From Nemertoderma westbladi (Eukaryota; Animalia; Xenacoelomorpha), in contig JAUCBJ010005274.1 in the NCBI GenBank assembly GCA_032718475.1, positions 1-55,379 of the forward strand: a stretch of 55,379 bases of DNA. Direction: 5' to 3'. Under the pieces are notes generated by a model. That model ran no database searches and had not been told where the DNA came from. It worked only from the letters and a program-made list of their open reading frames with translations. Positions 1-11,892 of the stretch are shown one piece after another. The first letter of the stretch is position 1; every line of letters begins with the position of its first letter. A program made the translations under genes and the position numbers.

Positions 1-221
1 TCATTAGTTCTTAATTGCGAAGCTACAGTAGATAGAACTACCCTAGTATAAACTACCAGTTCATACTACATCTAAAGCATACGGCCCCAGTTTCATCTTT
101 TAATCAAATCAATCACCTTCCAGAATAGCATTACAATAAGCTTAACAAAGTATTTCAAAACATTTAATCTGACATTGAAGAAAAGCTGCTATATATTTGC
201 GATTGGTGAACTATAGAAAAA

Positions 222-1154
222 TTACAAACACCGTAGATCTTCGTTGATTGTCGATATTCGGAATGTTTCTTTAATAGTTTCTTCATCAAAAAATGCATGC
301 AAAATAATATCAAAGCAAGCTACAGTTGAGTGAAACCTGTAAAATACAGTAAGAGGAGCAGTTGTATACATAATCACTGCGAGGCTTTCTGGAGTAAAAT
401 AATATACCAATCCATGGTGGAAATGCGGATGTTCCATTTCAGCTATACTGTTCATCCAAAGACAAAGATTCAACCAAAACAGAATTACCACCAAATGATT
501 GCCCCAATTAGATTTATTTGAACGACCTCTCTTCATTGCGTCCAACAGAAAAATACTTTGAAGAAGTATCTGTAGTATTTGTAACACGTAGGTCAGGCAA
601 CTTAATATATTTTGAATATATTCATCAGGCCGGTGTGAAGGGTGTCCCATGATAATTCCGAAGATCGCTATTAGCATGCTAATGAGTGCAACAACCTGAG
701 CCACCAAGAGTAGAACAACATCAAGTAAATCTTCATAGCTGTCATGCTTAGAATGATACTTAACCATACTGTTGAATGCGAATAAGCTACATAACAGAGC
801 GAGAATAAGCAACAACAATGATTGTGCATGGTATACTGAAACCCATAGAAGAGGATCCATGTGAAGGTGATGTTTAGAAAGTTCCAGAATAACCAAATCA
901 ATAGCAAATGAAAGCCCACCGCACAACAGGCTAGAACTGTTTAACGTTAGAAACGCTTTCGTTATCTTTAACTCCATCCTTCCAGCTATATGTTTCGAAG
1001 GTTCACTCCCAGATATTTTCCCAACATTGCCCCACATCATGTAACAAAATGACGCCACTATTACATGAAGTTCTATCGACATTGCGATTAGGGCGGGATT
1101 AGAACCTTCCATTATGTTCTTTGCATTTCCATTCAACGTTTCTCCTTCAGCAAC
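222..1154 (-). CDS. Otop: Otopetrin-family proton channel, last exon (C-terminal half)
   Basis: Multi-TM ORF ending in the otopetrin-type motif PLTVFYRFHS, with an earlier IELHVIVASFCYMMWGNVG segment; phase-0 acceptor ttgttacag|GTT at 1154 is in frame with ORF 222..1202. Confidence 0.75.
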   Translation of the reverse strand, partial: VAEGETLNGNAKNIMEGSNPALIAMSIELHVIVASFCYMMWGNVGKISGSEPSKHIAGRMELKITKAFLTLNSSSLLCGGLSFAIDLVILELSKHHLHMDPLLWVSVYHAQSLLLLILALLCSLFAFNSMVKYHSKHDSYEDLLDVVLLLVAQVVALISMLIAIFGIIMGHPSHRPDEYIQNILSCLTYVLQILQILLQSIFLLDAMKRGRSNKSNWGNHLVVILFWLNLCLWMNSIAEMEHPHFHHGLVYYFTPESLAVIMYTTAPLTVFYRFHSTVACFDIILHAFFDEETIKETFRISTINEDLRCL

Positions 1155-1614
1155 CTGTAACAAATATCTGTAATATAAATTCATGTCTGAAAAATTCACC
1201 ACAACTGTAAAAAATATTGCAATTTATCTAAATATTTTTCATGTATGACCAATAAATGCTATACTGTGAAAAAATATATGAATATATAGGGTATATCTTG
1301 TTACATCAACCTGAAAAGAACTCTGTTTAATGTCACTGCCACAGCCGCAGGCTGTGGCAGACAGTCAGTTGACCGCCAGACAGTTGAAATTAGTGGAGTT
1401 GCATCTACTTCCAGCGATCCAGTAGTCCTTTCAGTACCGTGACGTCAGTTCACTGGGCATCGGTTGTTGCACAGCCCCCGTACACAATGCCTCATCGGTG
1501 GATGGGATGACTACGATTGGCAAGCCAACAGGTAATCAAGCAAGTGTTAAAAGACAACCGATGCGTGCACATGTTATCGGAGCAATTCACTGGCCCAGAA
1601 TGTGATGAAATCTG

Positions 1615-1795
1615 CTCATTATATTTCCCATATCGACGTGGAGGAGACAACTGAAAGATTGGTAGACTACATAAATTCAAACTTTCAATATGAGGTTAAG
1701 TGCAAGGAAGTAGATAACAAGACAATTCCCTACAAATCATTTGTGCAAAAATGAGGATGTGGGCGGATACGATTAAATCCAAAACTGTAGCCTCC
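1615..1795 (+). pseudogene. Relic of CR1-group LINE ORF1 (RRM-like C-terminus) in the otopetrin intron
   Basis: Manual translation YISHIDVEETTERLVDYINSNFQYEVKCKEVDNKTIPYKSF...LNPKL*P resembles the ORF1 end at 28516-28800 (SFRV...LLNPEIWP); contains stops. Confidence 0.4.
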
Positions 1796-1909
1796 ATACC
1801 TCTACCGACTACTGAAACACCATCCAACAATGGGAGGGGAGAATCTCAAACTGTAGTTGTATATTGAGAGGGAGTTGTATATAGTTGATATTGTATATAG
1901 GAAGGTATA

Positions 1910-2180
1910 TAGTACAATACCACCTGTATCAACCACCCTCCGTGAACGCAGATTAGTCGGGCACTGCTGGCGAAGTAAAGACGAGGTCATACCAGATCTA
2001 CTTCTCTGGCTATCAACTCATGGAAAGCGTAGTCGTGGACGACCTGCCATAACATATATAGATCAACTTGAAAGGGATACTGAACTTGGGAGAAACGAAA
2101 TTGCGACAACTATGGAGGATCGGGAAGCCTGGAAGGATCTCATTTCCACTGTCCGAGTTCGCTCGACCTAGTAGTAGTAT
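1910..2180 (+). mobile_element. 5'-truncated non-LTR retrotransposon 3' end (RTE-like ORF2 C-terminus)
   Basis: RRLVGHCWR...RSRGRPAITYIDQL...MEDREAW motif, followed directly by a (TAG)n tail. Confidence 0.7.
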
Positions 2181-2776
2181 AGGAAGGGCTGAAAGTCGTT
2201 ATGGTAATGCTCTGACATCATATTCATACAGTTCTCGAAGTACCTTAATGTACGTAGCATATCACCTGTTGACCCTGCTGCTAGTGGTCCATTCATCGCT
2301 TGTACTTTAGGCTATTTGGATGCCTCGCTGTTTTTTGGAAAAATGAACTCTCAAACTCAATGGACTCGGGCGACTCGTACACTTCCTGATAAAATTATTT
2401 AGCGGGAATCGCGATATGTATGTATGTATGTATGTAATATATAGACCACAAGTTTATATGAATGCACTGCAAAAAAACAGATAATAGATATAATAACCCT
2501 TTTACGAAAATAATACACGATAATAGGCGACGATCTGTTGAGAGAGTGACTGAAAAGTAGATGTAGGTGAAACGATTTAATGTAGTCCTAAGAAAAATAT
2601 TAGTAATTATTATTAAATATTAAAAGTATTATATTGCATTTAGAAGTTGATGAAAGAAAAAAAATAAAATAAATAAATATTAATAACAAGTGTTTGGATG
2701 AAATAGATTAGTAGATTTTCGTCAAAGAAAAACAAACATATATTCATTATTAAAGAATGTGAAATTGAAAACTAAC

Positions 2777-3367
2777 TAATTGTTTTCCATTGTCCGCCCG
2801 GTTGATAGCTTCAACAGCTTCTCCTGCTGACTCAAAAAACCAACTAACAACATTTAATACACCGAGGTGAGCCAAAGCAAATCGAGCTCCATTCTGTTGT
2901 ATTAGTATGCGAGATTCGGAGAAACGACAAATCAAAATGATTTCTAATACCGCAAGTATAGTTGACTGTAAGTTCCAAATGTGCATTAAAGTGCCACTGC
3001 CTGTGCTGAATTTTATTATAGATTGGGCAATATGACCACAACCAAATACAACCGCTCCAAATTTAATGTATATGTTGCCAGATGGACCATTTCGATGTTG
3101 TCTATCAAATATGCATATTATTATAAGATACATCGCTGCTATAATTCCAATAAAATTAGCCACAATGCTGAATATTTCAAGATGCGACAAGATACGAATT
3201 CTATCATAAAGACTCATTATGAGAAGGGAGATATAGTAGGAAAAGAATGCGAGGGCATACATACCAGTTAGGCATTTAATTAACCATGAAGTGAATAATT
3301 CATCATTAGTAGTTTTTTCTTTGCCCTTATTTGATTTGACTTCAACTCTTGGTTCTTGTAACTCCAT
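2777..3367 (-). CDS. Otop: Otopetrin-family proton channel, first coding exon
   Basis: Hydrophobic ORF with GNIYIKFGAVVFGCG and ARFALAHLGVLNVVSWF, typical of the otopetrin N-half; ATG at 3367; phase-0 donor TTA|gttagt at 2777 matches the 1154 acceptor (spliced ~507 aa). A small internal exon cannot be excluded. Confidence 0.7.
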
Positions 3368-3789
3368 GCCTTTTGCAGTCAAATATAATTTGAGTTATCA
3401 AAATATAAAAATATAGGTATATTAATATACACTTTTTTTTATCATGAAAAGGCTGAAGTGGTTACGGGTATGATATCATTTATTTTTGAAGGGATATTGT
3501 TTACATTAGTAATAGTACTGTTGTTAATACACTAAGATGAAGATGTAACTGTAATGCCTAAATTAGTAGTTAGAGTGTATAATTATTCACTGTGGCCGTG
3601 ATCGATCATGATCATGGTTAATATACGTACACTACCCTTTCATTGTAGCGAGTTGTTCAAGACGGCCAAGTAATGTAGGGTTGAACACAGTGGCAGCAGA
3701 TGATGGTATTGACAGATGGGAAGCCATGATGAGGTAAATTGCGGACATATAAAGTATCGGGTAGTATTTACATGTCTGCCTTTTACCGT

Positions 3790-3863
3790 GAGCCGCTAGT
3801 TAAAAGGTTAGAGCGTCAGACTTCCAACCTGGAGGTCACCAGTTCGATCCCTCCTGGACGTCA
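3790..3863 (+). mobile_element. tRNA-derived SINE head or tRNA pseudogene
   Basis: A-box-like TAGTTAAAAGGTTAGAGCG, anticodon-arm-like CAGACTTCCAACCTG, B-box GTTCGATCC; acceptor stem does not pair. Confidence 0.5.
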
Positions 3864-4079
3864 TTCTCAACTTTGGAAAGCTGTGCCCAACAAAAGTTAT
3901 AATAAGATGAAGATTTCCTACATCTGTTGGTGCTATTGTTTGTATTCACTACTTTATATATGACGGTTTGTGGAGAGAGATACATATAGTATCTTGAATC
4001 ATGTTCTGGAATTTATATTATTAAGTAAGGGTCATTGACATTAAATACACTTATTAAGGGTGCTCTGCAGCCTTGTAAA

Positions 4080-4720
4080 CAAAATTTCGGCCCCACAAAT
4101 CCCGATCACCCATTGCATTTACTAGATCACTGCATCTTCAAGGCCAGTGTCCATCAAGAGGCATCTAAAAGAAAGTCATGGGCTGTTTACCATGCTTATT
4201 CACTACCCGAGGCCGCCAAAGCGCAAGATTATGCACTGACAGGTCCTCAGGGTGAAAACCATGAAATGTCATGAAAAAAAGTGGATGAGGTTCCAATCAA
4301 GTGTCAAGCAAGACAAGTGACAAAAAGACCAACACTAGAATCAACCTGATCCAATGAGCTGTTGAGCCTTTGGGCACCATCTAGTGATTGTGACATTAAC
4401 CCTAAATCTTCAGCAAATTCTAGTAAGGTACTTTGCTGGATTTCCTCTACTTCTTGTGCCAGTAGGGGGTGATACCATCACACCCCCGTCTTTATTAAGA
4501 TGGTCTAAGGACATGCATAGAACATCATAATCAACCACTAATTTGAATAAAAATGGTGCATGTGTGACACCCAGAAGGCCTCCCCATAAGACTTCGAATG
4601 GATCTGTGTCACCATCAGCAGATCATCAGCATAAATCATTGAGTTACTCTACAAGTTCATGAAGTATCCCTTAATAGGTGATGAAGGAAGGAATGGGCTG
4701 GTGACTATGTCAATATGTCA
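4080..4720 (-). mobile_element. Degenerate non-LTR retrotransposon RT fragment (same family as 7634-7858)
   Basis: 4130-4250 is similar to 7695-7810 at DNA level; 4545-4580 translates as LLGVTHAPFLF, a decayed QGDTLAPFLF RT motif. Confidence 0.55.
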
Positions 4721-6804
4721 CTATGTCATTTAAAGACATCTACAAAAACATGTTCTAAGTACTGAAGACTGAGCAGCACCAGCATTTAGTAGCAGGATTG
4801 AGATTGATTTTGAGGATAAAACTTGATTTGGGTAATGATGTATTTCCAACATTGTGTAACTATTCATGAGATCCCTTAAACATCTGCTAAAATCTACTTC
4901 TCGTGATAATTAAGATAAATTGTGAATTTACATGACTGATTGCCAACCGTGGATGTGCTGTATTGCAGAGGCCATCCAGCAGTGTGTCCTAGTGGTGTGG
5001 TCGAAATTTTTGCATTGTATATACTATAAATGTATCCCGAGAAATATTCTGGTATATTTACCATGCAAATAGATTTAGTGTCCTCTATAACAGTAATATC
5101 CTAGCAATAATGGTCGACTATCAAAAGCAGCTCAGGCACTCCCCACTGCTGCACTGGAGCCATGCTTTCAATTTGCTTCAAATCTAATAAAGTTCAATGA
5201 ATTATGGCACATCAGAACTCTGATCGAATGCTATTTGGAGCCATCCAAGAGCATCCTCAATGTCAATAGAGTCAGAATTAATACAGAGAGTCATATATGG
5301 TGTCCATAACCAACATCTTCTCTGATGTTTATGACCCATCATTGATTATTCCGCTCATCTGTTGGGCAATTCCCTGCAGCCCTGCTTCCTAAATTTGCAG
5401 CTGTTCTCCATTCCACCCCTAGAACTGTTGCATGGATTCCTCTATAACATTACAATGCCTCTATAAGAAAATTTACCTTCGCTTCAACAACTGAGAAGGA
5501 CCAACAGCTTATAAAATGAACCTGGTGATGGCTAGACTATTTTCCGGATTTCATCCTATGAAAAATTGTATAAGTGAAAAAGATAGAGGAAATTCTAAGA
5601 ACCAATGCAGGGCCATTTTTGTAATTTAAATTGTCATCTCATAAGAATGATGACATTCGTCTAAATTTTTGAATATTGATTTGTTGTCATCATTGACCAA
5701 ATTCAAAAGCATCGATCAAAATTTCTCTCTTCAGAAAGTTTATAATCTAGATGTACTTCAAAAATTTGTGATATATGGGGTCTGTTTATGCCCATCACAA
5801 GAAATATATATATATACATTTTATTTTGCATGTTCATGCGACGAGAGCTGGCTTACGGAAACGCCAATAGCTCGGCTATCCAAAGTGGTCATGATGTTGC
5901 AATAATTGAACCCTTAAAACCGCACATTTTTCAAATGCATGAAACTGCGAAATGGCATTCTACGCTACTTTATTATTTTTTTTAACAGACAGTCTATCCA
6001 TCTGAATAGTGGGGCCATAAATTTGCAAAAACCCCTGATATCCAAACCGCCGTATCTCGAGAACGGCAAATCCCTAGGCTTAGTGACAAGAATCGGATGG
6101 AATAAGATTTCAAGCTCTACATTAACTCTTGTTTTTATTAAAAAAATAACGAATTTTTACGACCCAAATATTAAGGCCATTAGGACCCTTGAACCAAAAT
6201 TAAAAGTTTTGTAGCTCGGCCACTATTGATGTTTTCAAAAATCGTTCAAGATATAACCTATTAATTATGTACAATCAGTACAAGAATACCAAATGTCATC
6301 GAAATCGTATTTTCGGATTTTTTTTTGACAAACTTGAATCCCACTGAGGAGGTCATCGATTTTTTCCCATTTTTAGAGCAAAAATTGTTTTTTTCTCAAT
6401 CGGGCTAAATGTTTTAATGTTTTGTTTTTAAAGTTTGTCAATTTGGGGTGCCTGTTTCCAGTATCGCATTTTGACCCGGGGTAAGACTTTTATGGCCGCT
6501 GAAAGTTCTAGAATATTGACAACATATTAATTTTTTTTTCATAAATGCTAAATCATCTCAAAATCGGCTGAAAACTTTTATATAGTTAATTCAAGATCGC
6601 AGATAATGATAATCATGTCTGTTTTGCATAATGAGGAACATGGCGGCCGGTGTTATATAGCGCCAAATTTCTAGTATATTAGTCGATTTTTTTAATTGTT
6701 TGACAAAAATCAAAACGTTGTACAAAAGTAACAAAAGTGTGCTGTTCCCTAATATAAAATGATATTTTTTATTTAGTCGGTTCGGGATTTATAAGGGCCC
6801 AAAA

Positions 6805-7077
6805 TTCATTCAAATAATATTATAGTTAATGGTTCATCCTAGATAAAAAACCAACAACAACAAACAAGAATGCATTAAATAATTCATGTGTATGCCTATG
6901 CCTACGCGTATGGAATTAAGTAATGCATTCTTGCTTGTTGTTATTGTTTTTTTTATTCTAGGATTTATTTTACTAGCTATCAAGACCTCCATGCTATATG
7001 TAAAGGCCATGTACTCAGATAATTGAGCCTAAAATATTTTGTATGAACTATGAACTATAATATTCTTTGCATGAACT
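6805..7077. repeat. Imperfect inverted repeat / MITE-like foldback
   Basis: tcctagataaaaaa..caacaa..caagaatgcatta (6837-6878) pairs with taatgcattcttg..ttgttg..tctagga (6921-6963); outer arms 6805-6836 and 7044-7077 are also complementary. Confidence 0.55.
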
Positions 7078-7633
7078 GTACATGGTGTAGTGTATGTTAA
7101 TTGGTTGTGTCAGATTTCAATAATGTTAATTAATTTTAATTGTAATCAAAATATAATAAGAATAATTAATGTAGGGCAATTCAATTCCAACATTCCTTAA
7201 ATGTAGTTACAGAAATTATAATTAATACTAAATAGTTTTACATCACTAGTGAACTAGTGCTAGTGCATCGAAAGAGGTTTACATACTTAATTCAATTGTC
7301 TTTAATACCGTTTAAACTATATTTGCACAATTCAATATAAGTTATAAACTGATGAGACTGAGTAAGTAGCATATGGGCACCATATGTCGTTTATGGCATA
7401 TTAATGCAATCGATCATTTGTTAACCAATTAGTTAACCCAATTAGTTAACCTAATTAAGTTAACCCAATTCATTTTCTAGCATTAAATCCAGGTCACCAA
7501 CAGTAGATGTTCGCCATGTACGAGTATTAACATTTTACTGTACCAGTACCTCTACTACTACTATAACGATCGGAATGCTGCATTGCAGCTACATTATATA
7601 TACATTACATATATATTAAGAATGCTGTGCCGG

Positions 7634-7858
7634 CTAGTCGACAAATTTGCACCGCCACAACTCCCTATCACCCATGACATTTGCTAGATAATCCGCATCT
7701 TCAAGGTCAGTGTCCTTTAAGATGCGTCTCAAGAAAGTCATGGACTGACCACCATGCTTATTCACTTCATAAGGCCGCCAAAGCGCAATATTATGCACTG
7801 GCTGGTCCTCACGTCGAAAGCAATGCCCTGCAAAGCGGAGGCACCTCAATAACAGCAC
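7634..7858 (-). mobile_element. Non-LTR retrotransposon 3' fragment (RTE-like ORF2 C-terminus)
   Basis: LRFAGHCFRR...MGDRELWR motif, same class as 1910-2180. Confidence 0.65.
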
Positions 7859-8901
7859 CAGTACTTCAATAACAATACTTCAATACTACTACAATACAAA
7901 CAATACTTCCGACAGGAAAATAGCAGTCAAAAGGGGTGCCCCTCTGCCGATGTAAAACAAATACTAAATATCTCCTCAAATAACAAGAATATTCTTACTG
8001 TAATCAGTAGCTTAGATCTCAAGACGCGTGTGTGTGTGTGTGTGTTACGAATAAAACAATTTTGGTGTATCAGCGTTATACTAGGTTTTGGTGATTTTAT
8101 CAAAATAACAATACCGGGCGCTAGCTACTCGAATAAGCTAGTCGCACGCTGTAGGCGCAATAACTGACGTCAAAAGGGCTCTCTCCTCCTTCATTCACAA
8201 CTCAACCGGGCAATTACGGTGTTAATAACTACACCCGTGATTGGCACTAATACCATAGTCTGATCATGAGATAAGGAAATAGGTGTTAATTTACTACTGT
8301 ACGAATAGCTGATCTGGTATATAAATTTCATTCTAGAACTTTGTTACTGCGGTGGGCTGCAGCAAATACCTATCAGTACATGGCAAGGGCGCGGTAGGAT
8401 GTTAGGATGTTAGTAAAACTCCCTAAGCCAAACGTGTGCTGGTAGCAGAAAGCTGCCTCTTGCCTGAGCAAATATTTTGGAATCAGACAGGTCGGGCAAA
8501 CTATAAGGCCTACAAAGCTAACCGGTACTGTACTGTCAGTACTGCAAATCACCAAATTATAGAGCGTGCTATTCGCACCTAAGGGTTTTTCCCTGTCTGA
8601 ATCTGAGAAGTTTAATCCTAAATTTTACAGTGTCCCAGGATGGCGTCACGCTTTACCCTGATCTAAAGGTCTTACGGCGGGCAAGGGCGTCGAACGAAGT
8701 CTTACCTTCCTCTGACATGGGCGTTTTCTGGCAGTGATGCATACTGTCGAATGGGCGTGGGCGAAGATAATGTGGGCTCTCTAATGCGTCGTGGAAATCT
8801 TTCCCCCTTGTGTTGCTGAAGCCTAACGGTATAGGCAGCCATTCCCTGAAGCGTTTGGCTGTCTCAAGATAGATACGTTAAAACTACATGTCAAGGAGTT
8901 T

Positions 8902-10161
8902 GCACATAGCATAGCTAGTTCATCAATTTCGACGAGATTTATCCAGATTCACTAAAGAAGACGAAAATAATTCACATTTTTAAACCCGCGGATACCAATG
9001 GACAAATATGCACCATATACCCGTAATATAGTGTCATTTTCGGATGACACGGACCCCCCCCCCCCCCCCAAATTTGTCTACAATTCTTTATCATATTGCT
9101 TGAAATTTGAAACACAACTAGTTCAACTCACCGTAGTTGTTACCATGAAGCCAGAATTTTCGATTTCGCCTTTTAATTTTTTTATAAGCATTTTAAAAAA
9201 GTGTCTTTTGCGATTTCGCATCCTTCGTATCATTGCCATTCTTCACTTTAGTCGTAATTTTTTCATATCAATAGAAGCTTGCGTTGAAAGGATTCCAAAT
9301 CTGTAACAATGTCTGAATTTCGTTGAGAAACAGCTGAGATATAGGCGTTCAAAGATTGCAAGAATTATCGTTCGCTGCAAGCAATTTATTCTATTTAATA
9401 AATACACAAAATTATAGAACGTGTTATTTATTTTATGAGTTGGTAGGCAATAGCAGAATGCCTATACAATATCTATATTGCATAGCTAATCATACATAAA
9501 CAAATTGTTACAGAATATTGTGCGTTTATTAAATAGAATAAATGGCCTGCAGCGAACAATAATTCTTTCAATCTTCGAAAGATTAAATCAGTCCAAATAT
9601 AAACAAAATACAATAATCTAAAATAATTCCTAAAATGTCCTCCCGGCGATCTTAAAGTTCGTCCTGCTGGTCTCTAGTCCATAACTCTGAGCGCTAATGC
9701 TAACGTTAGGCTCACAAGCCTTTCTCCTTTCTCCACAATCTCGCTCCTCAATGCCAACGGTAGGCTCGGAAGCCTTCCTTCCTCCACAACCTCGCTCCTT
9801 AACGTTTTGTCGAGCGAGCTCAACCTCGCCCTTTAATATGATTGGGGGGTGGTTGAGGTCGAACTGGGCTCAGGCTCCAGTGTCGAATTGTCTGTGGTTC
9901 CAAAACGCTGGGAATTGGAATGACTGGCGTCTCGCACATCCGTCGGGCGCTTAATCCATGAAATCCTCATCCGATCCCAATCTTTCACTTAGTCGGATCA
10001 GATGGAGTATCTGCGATGCTTGGAGGGAGTTTGAGGGGCAGAACTAAGCCATCCGCAGACACCTCCTTCTCAGACGTCGTCTTAACCCTCATGGGTTCGG
10101 GCAAAGGGAATCCTGTCCCTCCGTGCGGTTCTCTATGAAGGGAAATGGTGCCTCGGGTCAT
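8902..10161. repeat. 1.26-kb duplicate of 20917-22180 (MITE-like segment plus 3' end of family B accessory ORF)
   Basis: Collinear near-identity from gcacatagcatagctag to gcctcgggtcatc; flanked by a ~65-bp direct repeat (8840-8904 and 10167-10231). Confidence 0.9.
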
Positions 10162-10545
10162 CTGGTCATTCCCCGAAGCGTTTGGCTGTCTCATGATAGA
10201 TACGTTTTAACTACATGTCTAGGAGTTTGCAGTATATTTAACGTAAGACTTATCAAATTAAACTAACTCTACAAAATATCAAAAGGCAAATTAAACTAAA
10301 TAGAAATAGTAAGGAATAGTTATAGTGATAAGTGATAAACAAAGCGCAAACGGCCCCTTTTATAGCAAATCCTAAGCATGGAATCAATTAGAACATTCTA
10401 CAACATTCTACGAATGCACATTGGAGCAATAAATTATTAAGTGCCCTACGATTGGCCCAACTCATCATTCCATGTGTTGTACGCACCCCATTGGCTTATC
10501 TAAATTAATGAAACCGAAAATATAATAACCTAAAATACAAATTTA

Positions 10546-10615
10546 CCGACCCAGATTCGAACCCTTCACCTACTTAGAATGTAACCTGTGCCTTAACCTT
10601 CTCGACCACTGCGCC
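10546..10615 (-). mobile_element. tRNA-like Pol III element (SINE head or pseudo-tRNA)
   Basis: Minus strand reads GGCGCAGTGGTCGAGAAGGTTAAGGC...GGGTTCGAATC, with A and B boxes; no complete cloverleaf. Confidence 0.5.
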
Positions 10616-10624
10616 AATGGAAAT

Positions 10625-11814
10625 TGTTCGCGCTTTCAGACCTTTAGTAGTTTAACATGCCAAATTTAGATGTCTTCTAGATTATAAATCGACTTTAGCC
10701 TATGACGAGTATTTGATACACTACAATAGCCGAAGCCAGTCTATGCGCGACCATTCACCCGCTGGATATACCCGGGAGACTGGATTCGGAAGCTTTGACC
10801 TTATTGCGGTGTAGGCCTACTGTATTATTCGACTGATCGTTAATATATAATTTCTGACAAATATTATTCACTTTAGGGAAATATTAACAGTTCCTTTAGG
10901 ACATGGCGCTCTAAATATGTAAACAGAGTTATGACTTACACTAGACACAACGGGATGGCTATGGATTCACGTATAAAGTGCATTCTTTAGGAGATGCTTT
11001 GTTATCTGTCACAATCATGCACACTACCGCACAATGCTGCACACCAATCTGCCGACCTTCACTAATTTTAGTCACATATAAAGAGAACAACAACCGACAC
11101 ATGTAGTGCCTATGAAATAGCATTAGATTCACTCCAAAACCACTTTAATGTAAGTCGCAATTGTTATATGTAACCGGTCTCTTACCTTCAGTATATCAAG
11201 AAGATTGGGGTTTATGATTATTTATCGATATTATCCAAATATAATAATATTCCATCAACTGATATAATTAATAACCGACAGTAAATAGCAGTAAAAATGC
11301 GGTGTTTGTAGTTGACAATATGATTTGCATTGATAGGATTAGACTGTTAGTTTGATTTGATAACAGTTATACGTTTCTATGACCAAAGCCTACTAATGTT
11401 TGGCTAAAGTCTGAAACTTCCACAGAAGTACAGAAGAATCCTAAGCCGGTGTTCTGGGCTTAGAAAGATACACACACTGACTGAATTGCATGAGTTTCTG
11501 TATACAATCTCTAACATAGAGTCAAAACCACTCTGATTGGTCGACCGAACAAAGAACGAACAAAGAACAAAGAAAAAGTTACACGTGGACACAGCTGATA
11601 GATGTCGTCATTTGAGTTCCGATGTTTAGAGCATTTGGCTTATTGCGACATAAAATCGCTAGTTATGTCCGCTAAAGTACACATACAGAAGAAATGGCTT
11701 TTTATGTCCACTAAAACACCGGTACAGTAAGGAAACGGCTTTTTATGTCCGTTAAAACAACTACAGAGTACTTTGCGGGGAAAATAACCAGCTAATTCCG
11801 CAAAAGCCTTTACA
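10625..11814 (-). repeat. 3' LTR of A1 (~1190 bp)
   Basis: TGT...ACA termini; homologous to 31614-32720 and 54480-end; PPT GGGAGCGG abuts it on the minus strand (11815-11822). Confidence 0.85.
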
Positions 11815-11892
11815 CCGCTCCCAGAAAATGGGATTTAATTCTATAAAATATATAAAATCACAGTTTCTAAAATATAAAAATACTCTAAACAG

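Noticed and set aside
3790-3863. Functional tRNA-Gly(TCC)
   Set aside because: Acceptor and T stems do not pair properly; treated as SINE head or pseudogene.
5900-6800. DNA transposon with defined TIRs
   Set aside because: Composition resembles non-autonomous elements, but I could not identify convincing TIRs or a TSD.
7418-8046. 13-bp tandem repeat (gttaacccaatta x4) and (GT)n microsatellite
   Set aside because: Ordinary simple repeats with no sign of function.
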